Positions 11,272 through 21,377 of a DNA stretch of 64,000 bases are shown piece after piece. The position numbers and the translations under genes were made by a program. The notes under the pieces are model-generated. The model was not told the origin of the DNA, searched no databases, and worked only from the letters and a program-made list of their open reading frames with translations. This DNA comes from Macrostomum lignano (taxonomy: Eukaryota), in contig NIVC01002589.1 of the NCBI GenBank assembly GCA_002269645.1, forward strand, positions 8,783 to 72,782, read 5' to 3'. Position 1 is the first letter of the stretch; each line of letters begins with the position of its first letter.

Positions 11272-12618
11272 TCAAGTTGCTGCCTCATCGGTTTGCTGAG
11301 CAGTCTTCGGCTCCCGAGTGTCCAAACTGATGGTCACCGGGCCACAGTTGGTGCTGCTGACTTCTATCATGGCGCCAAACACTCCGGCTTTGATTTTGTC
11401 CTCCTGGTAGTCTCGGCGCATCGATTCCAGGATGTCGGCGTACATCTTCTCGGCCTGGTCGGTGGCCATGGCGCGGCGGAAGTCCGGCTTGTTGCCCTGC
11501 CATGTTTTTTGAGAAAGAAATTGGGTTGGGCAACTGAGGATCTGGGAGGTTGGGCAACTGAGGATCTGGGAGGCTGGGCCAGACCTGAGGATCTGGGATT
11601 CTGGCCTAGCAACTGAGAATCTGAGGCTGGCTCCCAGCAACTGAGGATCTGGGATTCTGGCCTAGCAACTGAGAATCTGAGGCTGGCTCCCAGCAACTGA
11701 GGATCTGGGATTCTGGCCTAGCAACTGAGAATCTGAGGCTGGCTCCCAGCAACTGAGGATCTGGGATTCTGGCCTAGCAACTGAGAATCTGAGGCTGGCA
11801 CAGCAACTGAGGATCTGGGAGGCTGGCACAGCAACTGAGGATCTGGGAGGCTGGCACAGCAACTGAGGATCTGGGAGGCTGGCACAGCAACTGAGGATCT
11901 GGGATTCTGGCCTAGCAACTGAGGATCTGGGAGGCTGGCATAGCAACTGAGGATCTGGGATTCTGGCCTAGCAACTGAGAATCTGAGGCTGGCTCCCAGC
12001 AACTGAGGATCTGGGATTCTGGCCTAGCAACTGAGAATCTGAGGCTGGCTCCCAGCAACTGAGGATCTGGGATTCTGGCCTAGCAACTGAGAATCTGAGG
12101 CTGGCACAGCAACTGAGGATCTGGGAGGCTGGCACAGCAACTGAGGATCTGGGAGGCTGGCACAGCAACTGAGGATCTGGGATTCTGGCCTAGCAACTGA
12201 GGATCTGGGAGGCTGGCATAGCAACTGAGGATCTGGGATTCTGGCCTAGCAACTGAGGATCTGGGAGGCTGGCTCAGAAACTGAGGATCTGGGAGGCTGG
12301 CCTAGCAACTGAGAATCTGGAGAATGGCGGTGGCCCAGCCTGAGTCACCTTGAGCGTCGCATGCAGCGTGAACTGGCTGACGACCAGCACCTCCAAGCCG
12401 AGATCCCGGACACTCTTCATCCATCGTTTCCCACCCTGTTCGTCATTTTCGTCGAACAGCCGCAGGTTGAGCAACTTCTTGCTCATCCAGTCGGCGTCCT
12501 GAGCGGTGTCGGACTGGCAGATGCCCAGCAGGACGCAGATGCCCCGGCCAATTTCGCCTACGGTGGCCCCATCAACCACAACAGCAGCTCGGCTGACTCG
12601 CTGCACGATGGCTCGCAT
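11272..12618 (-). CDS. DTD1: D-aminoacyl-tRNA deacylase 1, 2 coding exons (12618-12349, 11496-11272), 164 aa
   Basis: MRAIVQRV..., SQFTL motif, LK|GNKPDF joined across AAG|gtgact ... tggcag|GGC (852-nt phase-0 intron), GVFGAM and N.GPVT motifs. Confidence 0.93.
11525..12320. repeat. 28-bp-based minisatellite filling the DTD1 intron
   Basis: Units gcaactgaggatctggga(gg/tt)ctggc... alternate with gcaactgagaatctgaggctggc..., giving 56-bp and longer higher-order blocks. Confidence 0.95.
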
Positions 12619-12711
12619 GCGCTACTGTAAGTAGGACATATCGATAGGACATTTTTAATTAATGTTGCATTAATGTTGCACGAATTCAAATTTCACCCGT
12701 GCTATCAAATA

Positions 12712-13443
12712 AAGAATCTGAGGGGGAACCGGCGCCAACTGAAGAATCTGAAGGGAAACCGGCGCCAACTGAAGAATCTGAAGGGGAACCGGCGCCAACT
12801 GGAGAATCTGAAGGGGGAACCGGCGCTAACTGAAGAATCTGAAGGGGAGCCGGCGCCAACTGAAGAATCTGAAGGGAGACCTGCGCCAACTGAAGAATCT
12901 GAAGGGAAACCGGCGCCAACTGAAGAATCTGAAGGGGAGCCGGCGCCAACTGAAGAATCTAAAGGGGAGCCGGCGCCAACTGAAGAATCTGAAGGGAAAC
13001 CTGCGCCAACTGGAGAATCTGAAGGGGGAACCGGCGCTAACTGAAGAATCTGAAGGGGAGCCGGCGCCAACTGAAGAATCTGAAGGGAAACCGGCGCCAA
13101 CTGAAGAATCTAAAGGGGAGCCGGCGCCAACTGAAGAATCTGAAGGGAAACCTGCGTCAACTGAAGAATCTGAAGGGGAGCCGGCGCCAACTGAAGAATC
13201 TGAAGGGAAACCGGCGCCAACTGAAGAATCTGAAGGGAAACCGGCGCCAACTGAAGAATCTAAAGGGGAGCCGGCGCCAACTGAAGAATCTGAAGGGAAA
13301 CCTGCGCCAACTGAAGAATCTGAAGGGGAGCCGGCGCCAACTGAAGAATCTGAAGGGAAACCGGCGCCAACTGAAGAATCTGAAGGGGAGCCGGCGCCAA
13401 CTGAAGAATCTGAAGGGGAGCCGGCGCCAACTGAAGAATCTGA
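12712..13443. repeat. 30-bp minisatellite (~24 units) just upstream of the DTD1 start
   Basis: Unit caactgaagaatctgaaggg(g/a)a(g/a)ccggcgc. Confidence 0.96.
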
Positions 13444-13679
13444 CTATGCAGAAATTCTCAATTCCATGGTTAACTATCAAGAAATAAAACAAGATAAGTA
13501 TTAGAAAGTTACAAAATCCACAGCTAGACAAAATATTGTTTTGCATTTTTTATTTGAATCACGCAAGAAAGACGGATGAAAAAGCAAATCCAACAAGTCA
13601 AGGCACTAAATTGATAGCGGGAAAGTAAAAAATCTAACATTTCAATTTGTTTGCAGCGCAATACGGAAAACATCATTTC

Positions 13680-13693
13680 ATTGGACCGATTGG
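13680..13693 (-). promoter_or_regulatory. Two CCAAT boxes (minus strand), possible DTD1 promoter
   Basis: ATTGG at 13680-13684 and 13689-13693 in unique sequence between two arrays. Function is inferred. Confidence 0.25.
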
Positions 13694-13744
13694 CCTGTGA
13701 TTTAAACGGCACTGCACGAAAAGTTGATTCAAGCAATACTGAAG

Positions 13745-14535
13745 ATCAGAAGATCTGGGAGACTGGCGGTGGCCCAGCAAATGAGCATCTGGGAGGCTGG
13801 CCCAACAACTGAGCATCTGGGAGGCTGGCCCAACAACTGAGCATCTGGGAGGCTGGCCCAACAACTGAGGATCTGGGAGGCTGGCCCAACAACTGAGCAT
13901 CTGGGAGGCTGGCCCAACAACTGAGCATCTGGGAGGCTGGCCCAGCAACTGAGCATCTGGGAGGCTGGCCCAACAACTGAGCATCTGGGGGGCTGGCCCA
14001 ACAACTGAGCATCTGGGAGGCTGGCCCAACAACTGAGCATCTGGGAGGCTGGCCCAACAACTGAGCATCTGGGAGGCTGATGGCCCAGCAACTGAGCATC
14101 TGGGAGGCTGGCCCAACAACTGAGCATCTGGGGGCTGGCCCAACAACTGAGCATCTGGGAGGCTGGCCCAACAACTGAGGATCTGGGAGGCTGGCCCAAC
14201 AACTGAGGATCTGGGAGGCTGGCCCAACAACTGAGGATCTGGGAGGCTGGCCCAACAACTGAGCATCTGGGGGCTGGCCCAACAACTGAGCATCTGGGAG
14301 GCTGGCCCAACAACTGAGCATCTGGGAGGCTGGCCCAACAACTGAGGATCTGGGAGGCTGGCCCAACAACTGAGGATCTGGGAGGCTGGCCCAACAACTG
14401 AGGATCTGGGAGGCTGGCGGTGGCACAAAAACTGAGGATCTGAGATTTTGGTCTAGCAACAGAGGATCTGAGAGGATGTTCTAGCAACAGAGGATCTGAG
14501 AGGATGTTCTAGCAACTGAGGATCTGGAAGGTTGG
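13745..14535. repeat. 28-bp minisatellite (~28 units) between HINT3 and DTD1
   Basis: Unit caacaactgag(c/g)atctgggaggctggcc; same family as the DTD1 intron array. Confidence 0.96.
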
Positions 14536-14731
14536 CAGTCACAGTCTGAAGATAGTCGGAGTTAGTGCGCAGGACAGTTGAAAACCAAAGTAGTTGTTAG
14601 TGAGTTCTACGTACTTCATCTACTTTTACTTAAATTTAAAAAATGTTATTACCGCTGTATTTCAAAAGAGACTATGTACTTTTGAAAGGAGAGTATTGTA
14701 GATTTAAAAATAAATAAAAGTGTAAATATTT

Positions 14732-17700
14732 TCAAATCATCGCTTTAGTCAGGTTTTCAGTTGGTTCCGGCAGCTTCTGCAGGTGACTGATTACGTCATT
14801 GACCTGAAATGAAAATTTATGAAGGTGCTCATATTAAATCACATTAGATTAAACTAAATTACAGCATACGTAATTAATAATTTGACAAGGACAAGTACAT
14901 ATATGAATGAAATTCAGAGCATCCGGATCTTATGTTCTAAACTTAAATCTAGTCTGTGGCGCTAAAATCTAACATGTGGCGCTAAAATCTAGCATGTGGC
15001 GCTAAAATCTAGTCTGTGGCGCTAAAATTTAGCATGTGGCGCTAAAATCTAGTCTGTGGCGCTAAAATCTAGCATGTGGCGCTAAAATCTAGTCTGTGGC
15101 GCTAAAATCTAATTTGTGGCGCTAAAATCTAGCATGTGGCGCTAAAATCTAGTCTGTGGCGCTAAAATTTAGCATGTGGCGCTAAAATCTAGCATGTGGC
15201 GCTAAAACCTAGCATTTGGCGCTAAAATCTAGTCTGTGGCGCTAAAATCTAGCATGTGGCTATAAAATCTATTCTGTGGCGCTTAAATCTAACATGTGGC
15301 GCTAAAATCTAGCATGTGGCGCTAAAATCTAGCATGTGGCGCTAAAATCTAGCATGTGGCGCTAAAATCTAGCATGTGGCGCTAAAATCTAGCATGTGGC
15401 GCTAAAATCTAGTCTGTGGCGCTAAAATTTAGCATGTGGCGCTAAAATCTAGCATGTGGCGCTAAAATCTAGCATGTGGCGCTAAAATCTAGCATTTGGC
15501 GCTAAAACCAAGCATTTGGTGCTAAAATCTAGTCTGTGGCGCTAAAATCTAATCTGTGGCGCTAAAATCTAACATGTGGCGCTAAAATCTAACATGTGGC
15601 GCTAAAATCTAACATGTGGCGCTAAAATCTAGTCTGTGGCGCTAAAATCTAGCATGTGGCTATAAAATCTAGTCTGTGGCGCTAATGTCTAACATGTGGC
15701 GCTAAAATCTAGTCTGTGGCGCTAAAATCTAGCATGTGGCTATAAAATCTAGTCTCTGGCGCTAAAATCTAGCCTTACATTGACTATGGGTGATGCGGCT
15801 CATGCCATAATTTAAAACTCACAGTTTTAAAAGTTTTACCACCAGCCGTATACCTATGACTGCGGACCCGACTGGCTGGGGACAGCACGTGCAAATGCAA
15901 ATGATTCACTGAATTAAACGGAGGCCAGTGGAAACCGCATCTGTGAAGAGGGGAGGCGGGTTAAAGAATAAATTATAGTTCTCGGTATGAACTTACGGAC
16001 ACAAACCACGGTGACTTGGAGCCGTATTTGAGCTCGGCTAAGCAGCCCATGCTACTGACTGGGCTAATGAGGTGCAGGTGCAGGTGGCTCACGGAAGTGA
16101 ATGGCGGCCAATGGAACCCAATCCTACAAGTGAATTGGAGCTCCATTGAAGATGCTTGCCTCCGGTAGCTGCTACCACCCATTCTTCAGGGTGAGTTGTC
16201 GATGCCCCTGATTCCTCAGTCAGTTGCTCTCCCCCTGATTCCTCAGCCAGTTGCTTTCCCCCTGATTCTTCAGGCAGCTGCTCTCCCCACCCCTGATTCT
16301 TCAGGCAGCTGCTCCCCTCCCCCTGATTCTTCAGGCAGCTGCTCTCCCCACCCCTGATTCTTCAGGCAGATGCTCTCCCCACCCCTGATTCTTCAGGCAG
16401 ATGCTCTCCTCACCCCTGATTCTTCAGGCAGCTGCTCTCCCTCCCCCTGATTCTTCAGGCAGATGCTCTCCCCACCCCTGATTCTTCAGGCAGATGCTCT
16501 CCCCACCCCTGATTCTTCAGGCAGCTGCTCTCCCCTCCCCCTGATTCTTCAGGCAGCTGCTCTCCCCACCCCTGATTCTTCAGGCAGCTGCTCTCCCCTC
16601 CCCCTGATTCTTCAGGCAGCTGCTCTCCCCACCCCTGATTCTTCAGGCAGCTGCTCTCCCCACCCCCTGATTCTTCAGGCAGCTGTTCTCCCCTCCCCCT
16701 GATTCTTCAGGCAGCTGCTCTCCCCTCCCCCTGATTCTTCAGGCAGCTGCTCTCCCCTCCCCCTGATTCTTCAGGCAGATGCTCTCCCCTCCCCCTGATT
16801 CTTCAGGCAGATGCTCTCCTCACCCACTGATTCTTCAGGCAGCTGCTCTCCCCTCCCCCTGGTTCTTCAGGCAGTTGCTCTCCTCACCCACTGATTCTTC
16901 AGGCAGCTGCTCTCTCCTCCCCTGGTTCTTCAGGCAGTTGCTCTCCTCACCCACTGATTCTTCAGGCAGCTGCTCTCCCCTCCCCTGGTTCTTCAGGCAG
17001 TTGCTCTCCTCACCCACTGATTCTTCAGGCAGCTGCTCTCCCCTCCCCCTGATTCTTCAGGCAGCTGCTCTCCCCTCCCCCTGATTCTTCAGGCAGATGC
17101 TCTCCCCTCCCCCTGATTCTTCAGGCAGATGCTCTCCTCACCCACTGATTCTTCAGGCAGCTGCTCTCCTCACCCACTGATTCTTCAGGCAGCTGCTCTC
17201 CCCTCCCCCTGGTTCTTCAGGCAGCTGCTCTCTCCTCCCCTGGTTCTTCAGGCAGCTGCTCTCCCCACCCCTGATTCTTCAGGCAGCTGCTCTCCTCACC
17301 CACTGATTCTTCAGGCAGCTGCTCTCTCCTCCCCCTGATTCTTCAGGCAGCTGCTCTCTCCTCCCCTGGTTCTTCAGGCAGTTGCTCTTCTCACCCACTG
17401 ATTCTTCAGGCAGCTGCTCTCCCCACCCCTGATTCTTCAGGCAGTTGCTCTCCCCTCCCCCTGATTCTTCAGGCAGATGCTCTCCTCACCCACTGATTCT
17501 TCAGGCAGATGCTCTCCCCTCCCCCTGATTCTTCAGGCAGCTGCTCTCCCCTCCCCCTGATTCTTCAGGCAGCTGCTCTCCCCTCCCCCTGATTCTTCAG
17601 GCAGCTGCTCTCCCCTCCCCCTGATTCTTCAGGCAGATGCTCTCCTCACCCACTGATTCTTCAGGCAGCTGCTCTCCCCTCCCCCTGGTACTTCAGGCAG

Positions 17701-18983
17701 TTGCTCTCCTCACCCACTTATTCTTCAGGCAGCTGCTCTCTCCTCCCCTGGTTCTTCAGGCAGCTGCTCTCCCCACCCCTGATTCTTCAGGCAGCTGCTC
17801 TCCTCACCCACTGATTCTTCAGGCAGCTGCTCTCTCCTCCCCTGATTCTTCAGGCAGCTGCTCTCTCCTCCCCTGGTTCTTCAGGCAGTTGCTCTTCTCA
17901 CCCACTGATTCTTCAGGCAGCTGCTCTCCCCTCCCCTGATTCTTCAGGCAGCTGCTCTCCCCTCCCCCTGATTCTTCAGGCAGCTGCTCTCCCCTCCCCC
18001 TGATTCTTCAGGCAGCTAATCTCTCTCTACTCATAAACTTTACTGGATGATTTATCATAATGTTAGTGGTTGAATGGTTGATTGACAACTAAGGTTAAAG
18101 TATTTATGCAGCTGACACTTGCCTGGCATCTTGTACATTAGCACCAAGCCTAGACAATGCCTCCAAACCAGAGGTTTCCAATAGTTTCACAAGCTCAATA
18201 TCATTCTTTGTCAGTTGCTTGCAGTCTTTGATATGGATGACTGGACAAGACAATAGGTGGTAAGTTGCAGCTGGACAAATATCGTGGAAGACTATCACTT
18301 GATCTGTCTGGAAAGTAAGAAATATTTTTAAATCATTTTATTTCATAATAATTTATGTGGCATAAAAATATTTAAAAGATAAATATTGAAATTTATAACC
18401 TTTTTAGCTTTTATAAACAAAATATACTATGTTTTTTATAATTTTCAATAGTAATAGCTTTTTTAAAAACAAAATTGGAATAATTTGGTATTTTTAGGTC
18501 ATCTAGGTCATCTTAGGTTTAAAAAAGCTATATTTGCTTTGTTTTAAATGTTTTTGCTTAGGATTGGATAGATAAAAATCTTTTTTATCCTTGATCTCTA
18601 ACCTTTCGCCTTCAGTGGGTTGTTCTCCCTTTCTCATTTTTTAGTTTTTTCTAGTTTGAAAAACTATGCCAGTCTAGTGACCAGGCTGGGATATTATAAG
18701 CATTTATATATCTATAATCTAGACTAGACCATATATTAATTAAGATAAATAAATAAATAAAACTAAAGCTATGATATAATATAGGTCTAAGACTAAAATA
18801 AGCAAATAATGGATAGGCTTAAAGTTTTAATATATACTCAGACAGCAATATAGGACTCAGACAGCCAAGCAAAATAATCATATAACTTACTTGAAGAACA
18901 ATGTCAGATTGCTGTCTTTTATGATCAACTATATCACAAAAGGTACAGTTCCTGCGCTTTTGATGCTCTTTAGGCTTGGGCAT
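14732..18983 (-). CDS. HINT3: Histidine triad nucleotide-binding protein 3; exons 18983-18891, 18307-18123, [16123-15997 OR 15940-15823], 14803-14732; 158 or 155 aa
   Basis: Manual splice model: MPKPKEHQKRRNCTFCDIV...IVLQ | TDQVIVFHDICPAATYHLL...DAR | IGFHWPPFTSVSHLHLHLISP...PWFVS | VNDVISHLQKL...MI*. All junctions have consensus acceptors and gtaagt/gcaagt/gtgagt donors in compatible phase. The CxFC, DIxPAAxxHxL and GFHxPPFxSxxHLHLH motifs are characteristic of HINT3. Confidence 0.9.
14945..15775. repeat. 20-bp minisatellite (~41 units) in the last HINT3 intron
   Basis: Unit gtggcgctaaaatctag(ca/tc)t. Confidence 0.97.
15823..15940 (-). CDS. HINT3: HINT3 alternative exon 3b (118 nt): (R)CGFHWPPFNSVNHLHLHVLSPASRVRSHRYTAGGKTFKT
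   Basis: Acceptor cctcttcacag|A and donor ACT|gtgagt; same phases as exon 3a; paralogous sequence with an intact HxHxH. Absent from the ORF track. Confidence 0.85.
15997..16123 (-). CDS. HINT3: HINT3 alternative exon 3a (127 nt): (R)IGFHWPPFTSVSHLHLHLISPVSSMGCLAELKYGSKSPWFVS
   Basis: Acceptor ttcacttgtag|G and donor TCC|gtaagt; HIT motif HLHLH. Confidence 0.88.
16200..18017. repeat. 31-32-bp minisatellite (~56 units) in HINT3 intron 2
   Basis: Unit ctgattcttcaggcag(c/a/t)tgctctcccc(t/a)cccc with interspersed variants. Confidence 0.97.
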
Positions 18984-18995
18984 TCACAATTATCT

Positions 18996-19110
18996 CTGTT
19001 AATAGGCGTTCGTATAAAAAGTTGCTAATTTTGGTTAAGGTTGCAGCTTGCTAAATAATAAACTGATTCCCTTATATAACTGCTGCGCCGCTATATGCCT
19101 ATATACTTAC
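18996..19110 (-). other. Candidate 115-nt 5'-UTR intron of HINT3
   Basis: Donor caaca|gtaagt at 19110 and acceptor attaacag| ending at 18996, 12 nt before the ATG. An in-frame TGA directly precedes the ATG. Confidence 0.45.
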
Positions 19111-19550
19111 TGTTGCGTACGGCTAAATATATGACTGTAATTTTGCAAAATATGACGTAAGACGAAAAATTTTAGTTTACATTGCAATTGTCTCCCATCC
19201 ACTAATTTTTAAACCATCAATCTTTATTTCTACAATAATGGGCTCAATATTTTGACTTTTCAAAGCTGGAGAGAACTATGTGTATTTTTTGTATTATCAA
19301 CATCTAAATGTTTGTTAAAGTTAAATACATAAATTCAGAAAGTTCCCGTAGCCAAGCATATAATCGATCGATTCAAGTAGCTCATCGTATATTTTATTCA
19401 ATATTTAACGGCACACCAGACACCAAAGTCAAAAAAGTAAGCTCAAAAAAAAAAATTGATACTTGCATACATCTCTAGAACATGCAGTTATACATCCGAT
19501 TATGTGCAATTATGAAATTTTCATTCAAACAAGAATTCTAAGACTAAAAG

Positions 19551-21377
19551 TTATACAATCCGATCAATGAAATTCGTATTCAGCAAGTAGTGCTCATAAC
19601 AACATGGTCGTATCAAGCCACTATCCGACTTTTGCGGCCTTGAGAACGGATTTCGGTGCCACTTCCACGCCCTAAAGCCAAGGTCAAAGATGCCCAGAAG
19701 AATGCGAATATATCGATCATATTTAGATTTTCTTCGAAAAAAGCCATCCGTATGAGTCTCAAAAAGAAACTGCTTCACTCTCGTCAGGCAGCCGTCCTGC
19801 AAAGCTTGCTCAAACGCAGCCCACTCCCAATATTCGACGTCAACTTTTAGAATATCTATTGTTCCATTTCCGGGCACAAGTTCTTGGAACAGATCACATA
19901 GAGTGCGCATCTTCCAGCCTTCCGGTGATGTCTTGTTGCTGAATGACAACCCTGATCGATAAAACCACGATGTCTTCCGACGCTTGTGATCATTCACTTT
20001 GGACATACTCGGATCGAACATGAACACTCGGCAGTGAAATTTGTCGGCTAGCTCGTCATCGTACTTCCACATGTAGTTGATTCCAAAGGAAAACGCGGTG
20101 CACTGCTTCGCTGAATCAATGCTGAACGGCTCACTGAAGCAGACATCCCAGCCACCATCGTTTTCTTCGCCGATCCGTCTGCTGTAAGGACAGAAAAGAT
20201 GCTGCTGCTCCACCAGCTGAAAGTACAGGTGATCGAGTTGAGCTGGAGACATTGTGGTCAGGTTTGCTTGACGTACAGTCATCAGTTGGTCGAAGCCGGG
20301 GCTTCGGGAAATCGGGAGATTCTTTAATGGAAGGTCGATCGTACTTTTAATTCTGTTTCTGAGTTGATGATTAACAGTAGTATTATGCAGGAAGTTGATG
20401 TTGATGTAGCTGACGCTGATACCGGATGCGGTATCTAGTCGCATATTCCACTGTCGGAATCCAGCATTGTGCAGGCCAATCAGAGCAAGGATGCTACGAA
20501 TGAGCTCTTTATTAGTCAGGGAACCTTTCCTGTTAGAGCTAATAGTCAGCACAAGCTGCTTCGTCAACACCAATGAACCATCGTTGGCAGCTGCCTCAAG
20601 TGATAACCAATCTTCTGGCCCGACATTAACCTTCAGCACGTCGATGACAGTTTGCTTGGCTTTGAATCGCTTCAGGTAGCCCTGATAGCTGTCAGATCTG
20701 ACATTTCCTGCAGTCTGTGCGGCACTCAGGCCCTCCTTCAGAAGTATCACCTGGCTGCTGTGCATGTGGCTCGGCTGTTTCATCGTCGGGTCGAACACCA
20801 GCGCGTAGCAGCCGTGGCCGGCGGACAGATCCTCTTCGAAGCGCAATGAGGAGGACGCGCTGCCACCGAATGAGAAGCTGTAGCACGGCCGGCTGGGCTG
20901 GAACGGGCCCACCGTGCACAAGCCGTGGCCAGCGCGTCTCCGATCAGCGACTGCTATTCGACGTCCGAATCGGCTGCTGATAGAGCAGTGCGCTGTCGGC
21001 CGCGTCACAATCTGCTCTAATTGAACTTCTAAGGTCTCCAATGCCATGCTGAACAGCCTGTGGTCTTCTAGCAGATTCGGGAACTGCTGGGTCGTCACGG
21101 ATATGTTTCCGTTAGGCAGGCGGTACAGCACAGTCGATCCATCATGGCTAAGCACGGACTCAATGATCTTGTCTCTATGGGCATTGCTGACTGTCTCAGA
21201 GTGCTCTGGCTGAGCTACTCTGCGCTGAAGCTTCAAGGTCAGAATAGTTGTCAGAAGCAGACTAACAAAAATAATCGCTGCTGTTCTTTGTCGGGACAGC
21301 TTTCTCAGGCAGGCGCATTGCAGTAAGACTGACAGCGACTGAAGCTGAAACGTTTTCTTGCTGTATCGGTTTCTCAT
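19551..21377 (-). CDS. METTL24: METTL24-like (Methyltransf_22-type) protein with an N-terminal membrane anchor and two tandem methyltransferase-like domains, 608 aa, intronless
   Basis: The C-terminal domain has RIG..DGGWDVC, FSFGI, CRVFMFDPSM, IDILKVDVE.WEW and KQFLFETH, typical of the family. There is a hydrophobic segment at aa ~33-48. The symbol is family-level. Confidence 0.8.
   Translation of the reverse strand: MRNRYSKKTFQLQSLSVLLQCACLRKLSRQRTAAIIFVSLLLTTILTLKLQRRVAQPEHSETVSNAHRDKIIESVLSHDGSTVLYRLPNGNISVTTQQFPNLLEDHRLFSMALETLEVQLEQIVTRPTAHCSISSRFGRRIAVADRRRAGHGLCTVGPFQPSRPCYSFSFGGSASSSLRFEEDLSAGHGCYALVFDPTMKQPSHMHSSQVILLKEGLSAAQTAGNVRSDSYQGYLKRFKAKQTVIDVLKVNVGPEDWLSLEAAANDGSLVLTKQLVLTISSNRKGSLTNKELIRSILALIGLHNAGFRQWNMRLDTASGISVSYININFLHNTTVNHQLRNRIKSTIDLPLKNLPISRSPGFDQLMTVRQANLTTMSPAQLDHLYFQLVEQQHLFCPYSRRIGEENDGGWDVCFSEPFSIDSAKQCTAFSFGINYMWKYDDELADKFHCRVFMFDPSMSKVNDHKRRKTSWFYRSGLSFSNKTSPEGWKMRTLCDLFQELVPGNGTIDILKVDVEYWEWAAFEQALQDGCLTRVKQFLFETHTDGFFRRKSKYDRYIRILLGIFDLGFRAWKWHRNPFSRPQKSDSGLIRPCCYEHYLLNTNFIDRIV

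Noticed and set aside
11525-14535. Hammerhead ribozyme in arrays with CTGAGGA / CTGAAGA (CUGANGA core)
   Set aside because: The 28-mer generally has no GAAA. In the 30-mer variant CTGAAGA-atctgaagg-GAAAC, the intervening bases cannot form stem II.
15914-15940. MRFPLASV* as the terminal HINT3 exon after exon 3a
   Set aside because: The same sequence read in phase 2 is a full paralogue of exon 3a with its own donor, and a better terminal exon exists at 14803-14732.
10074-18017. Many overlapping 60-350-aa ORFs in the minisatellites (also at 21.7-23.6, 25.5-26.5, 29-34.8 and 57.4-58.4 kb)
   Set aside because: They are open in several frames and both strands and confined to arrays; several lie inside introns defined by the DTD1 and HINT3 models.
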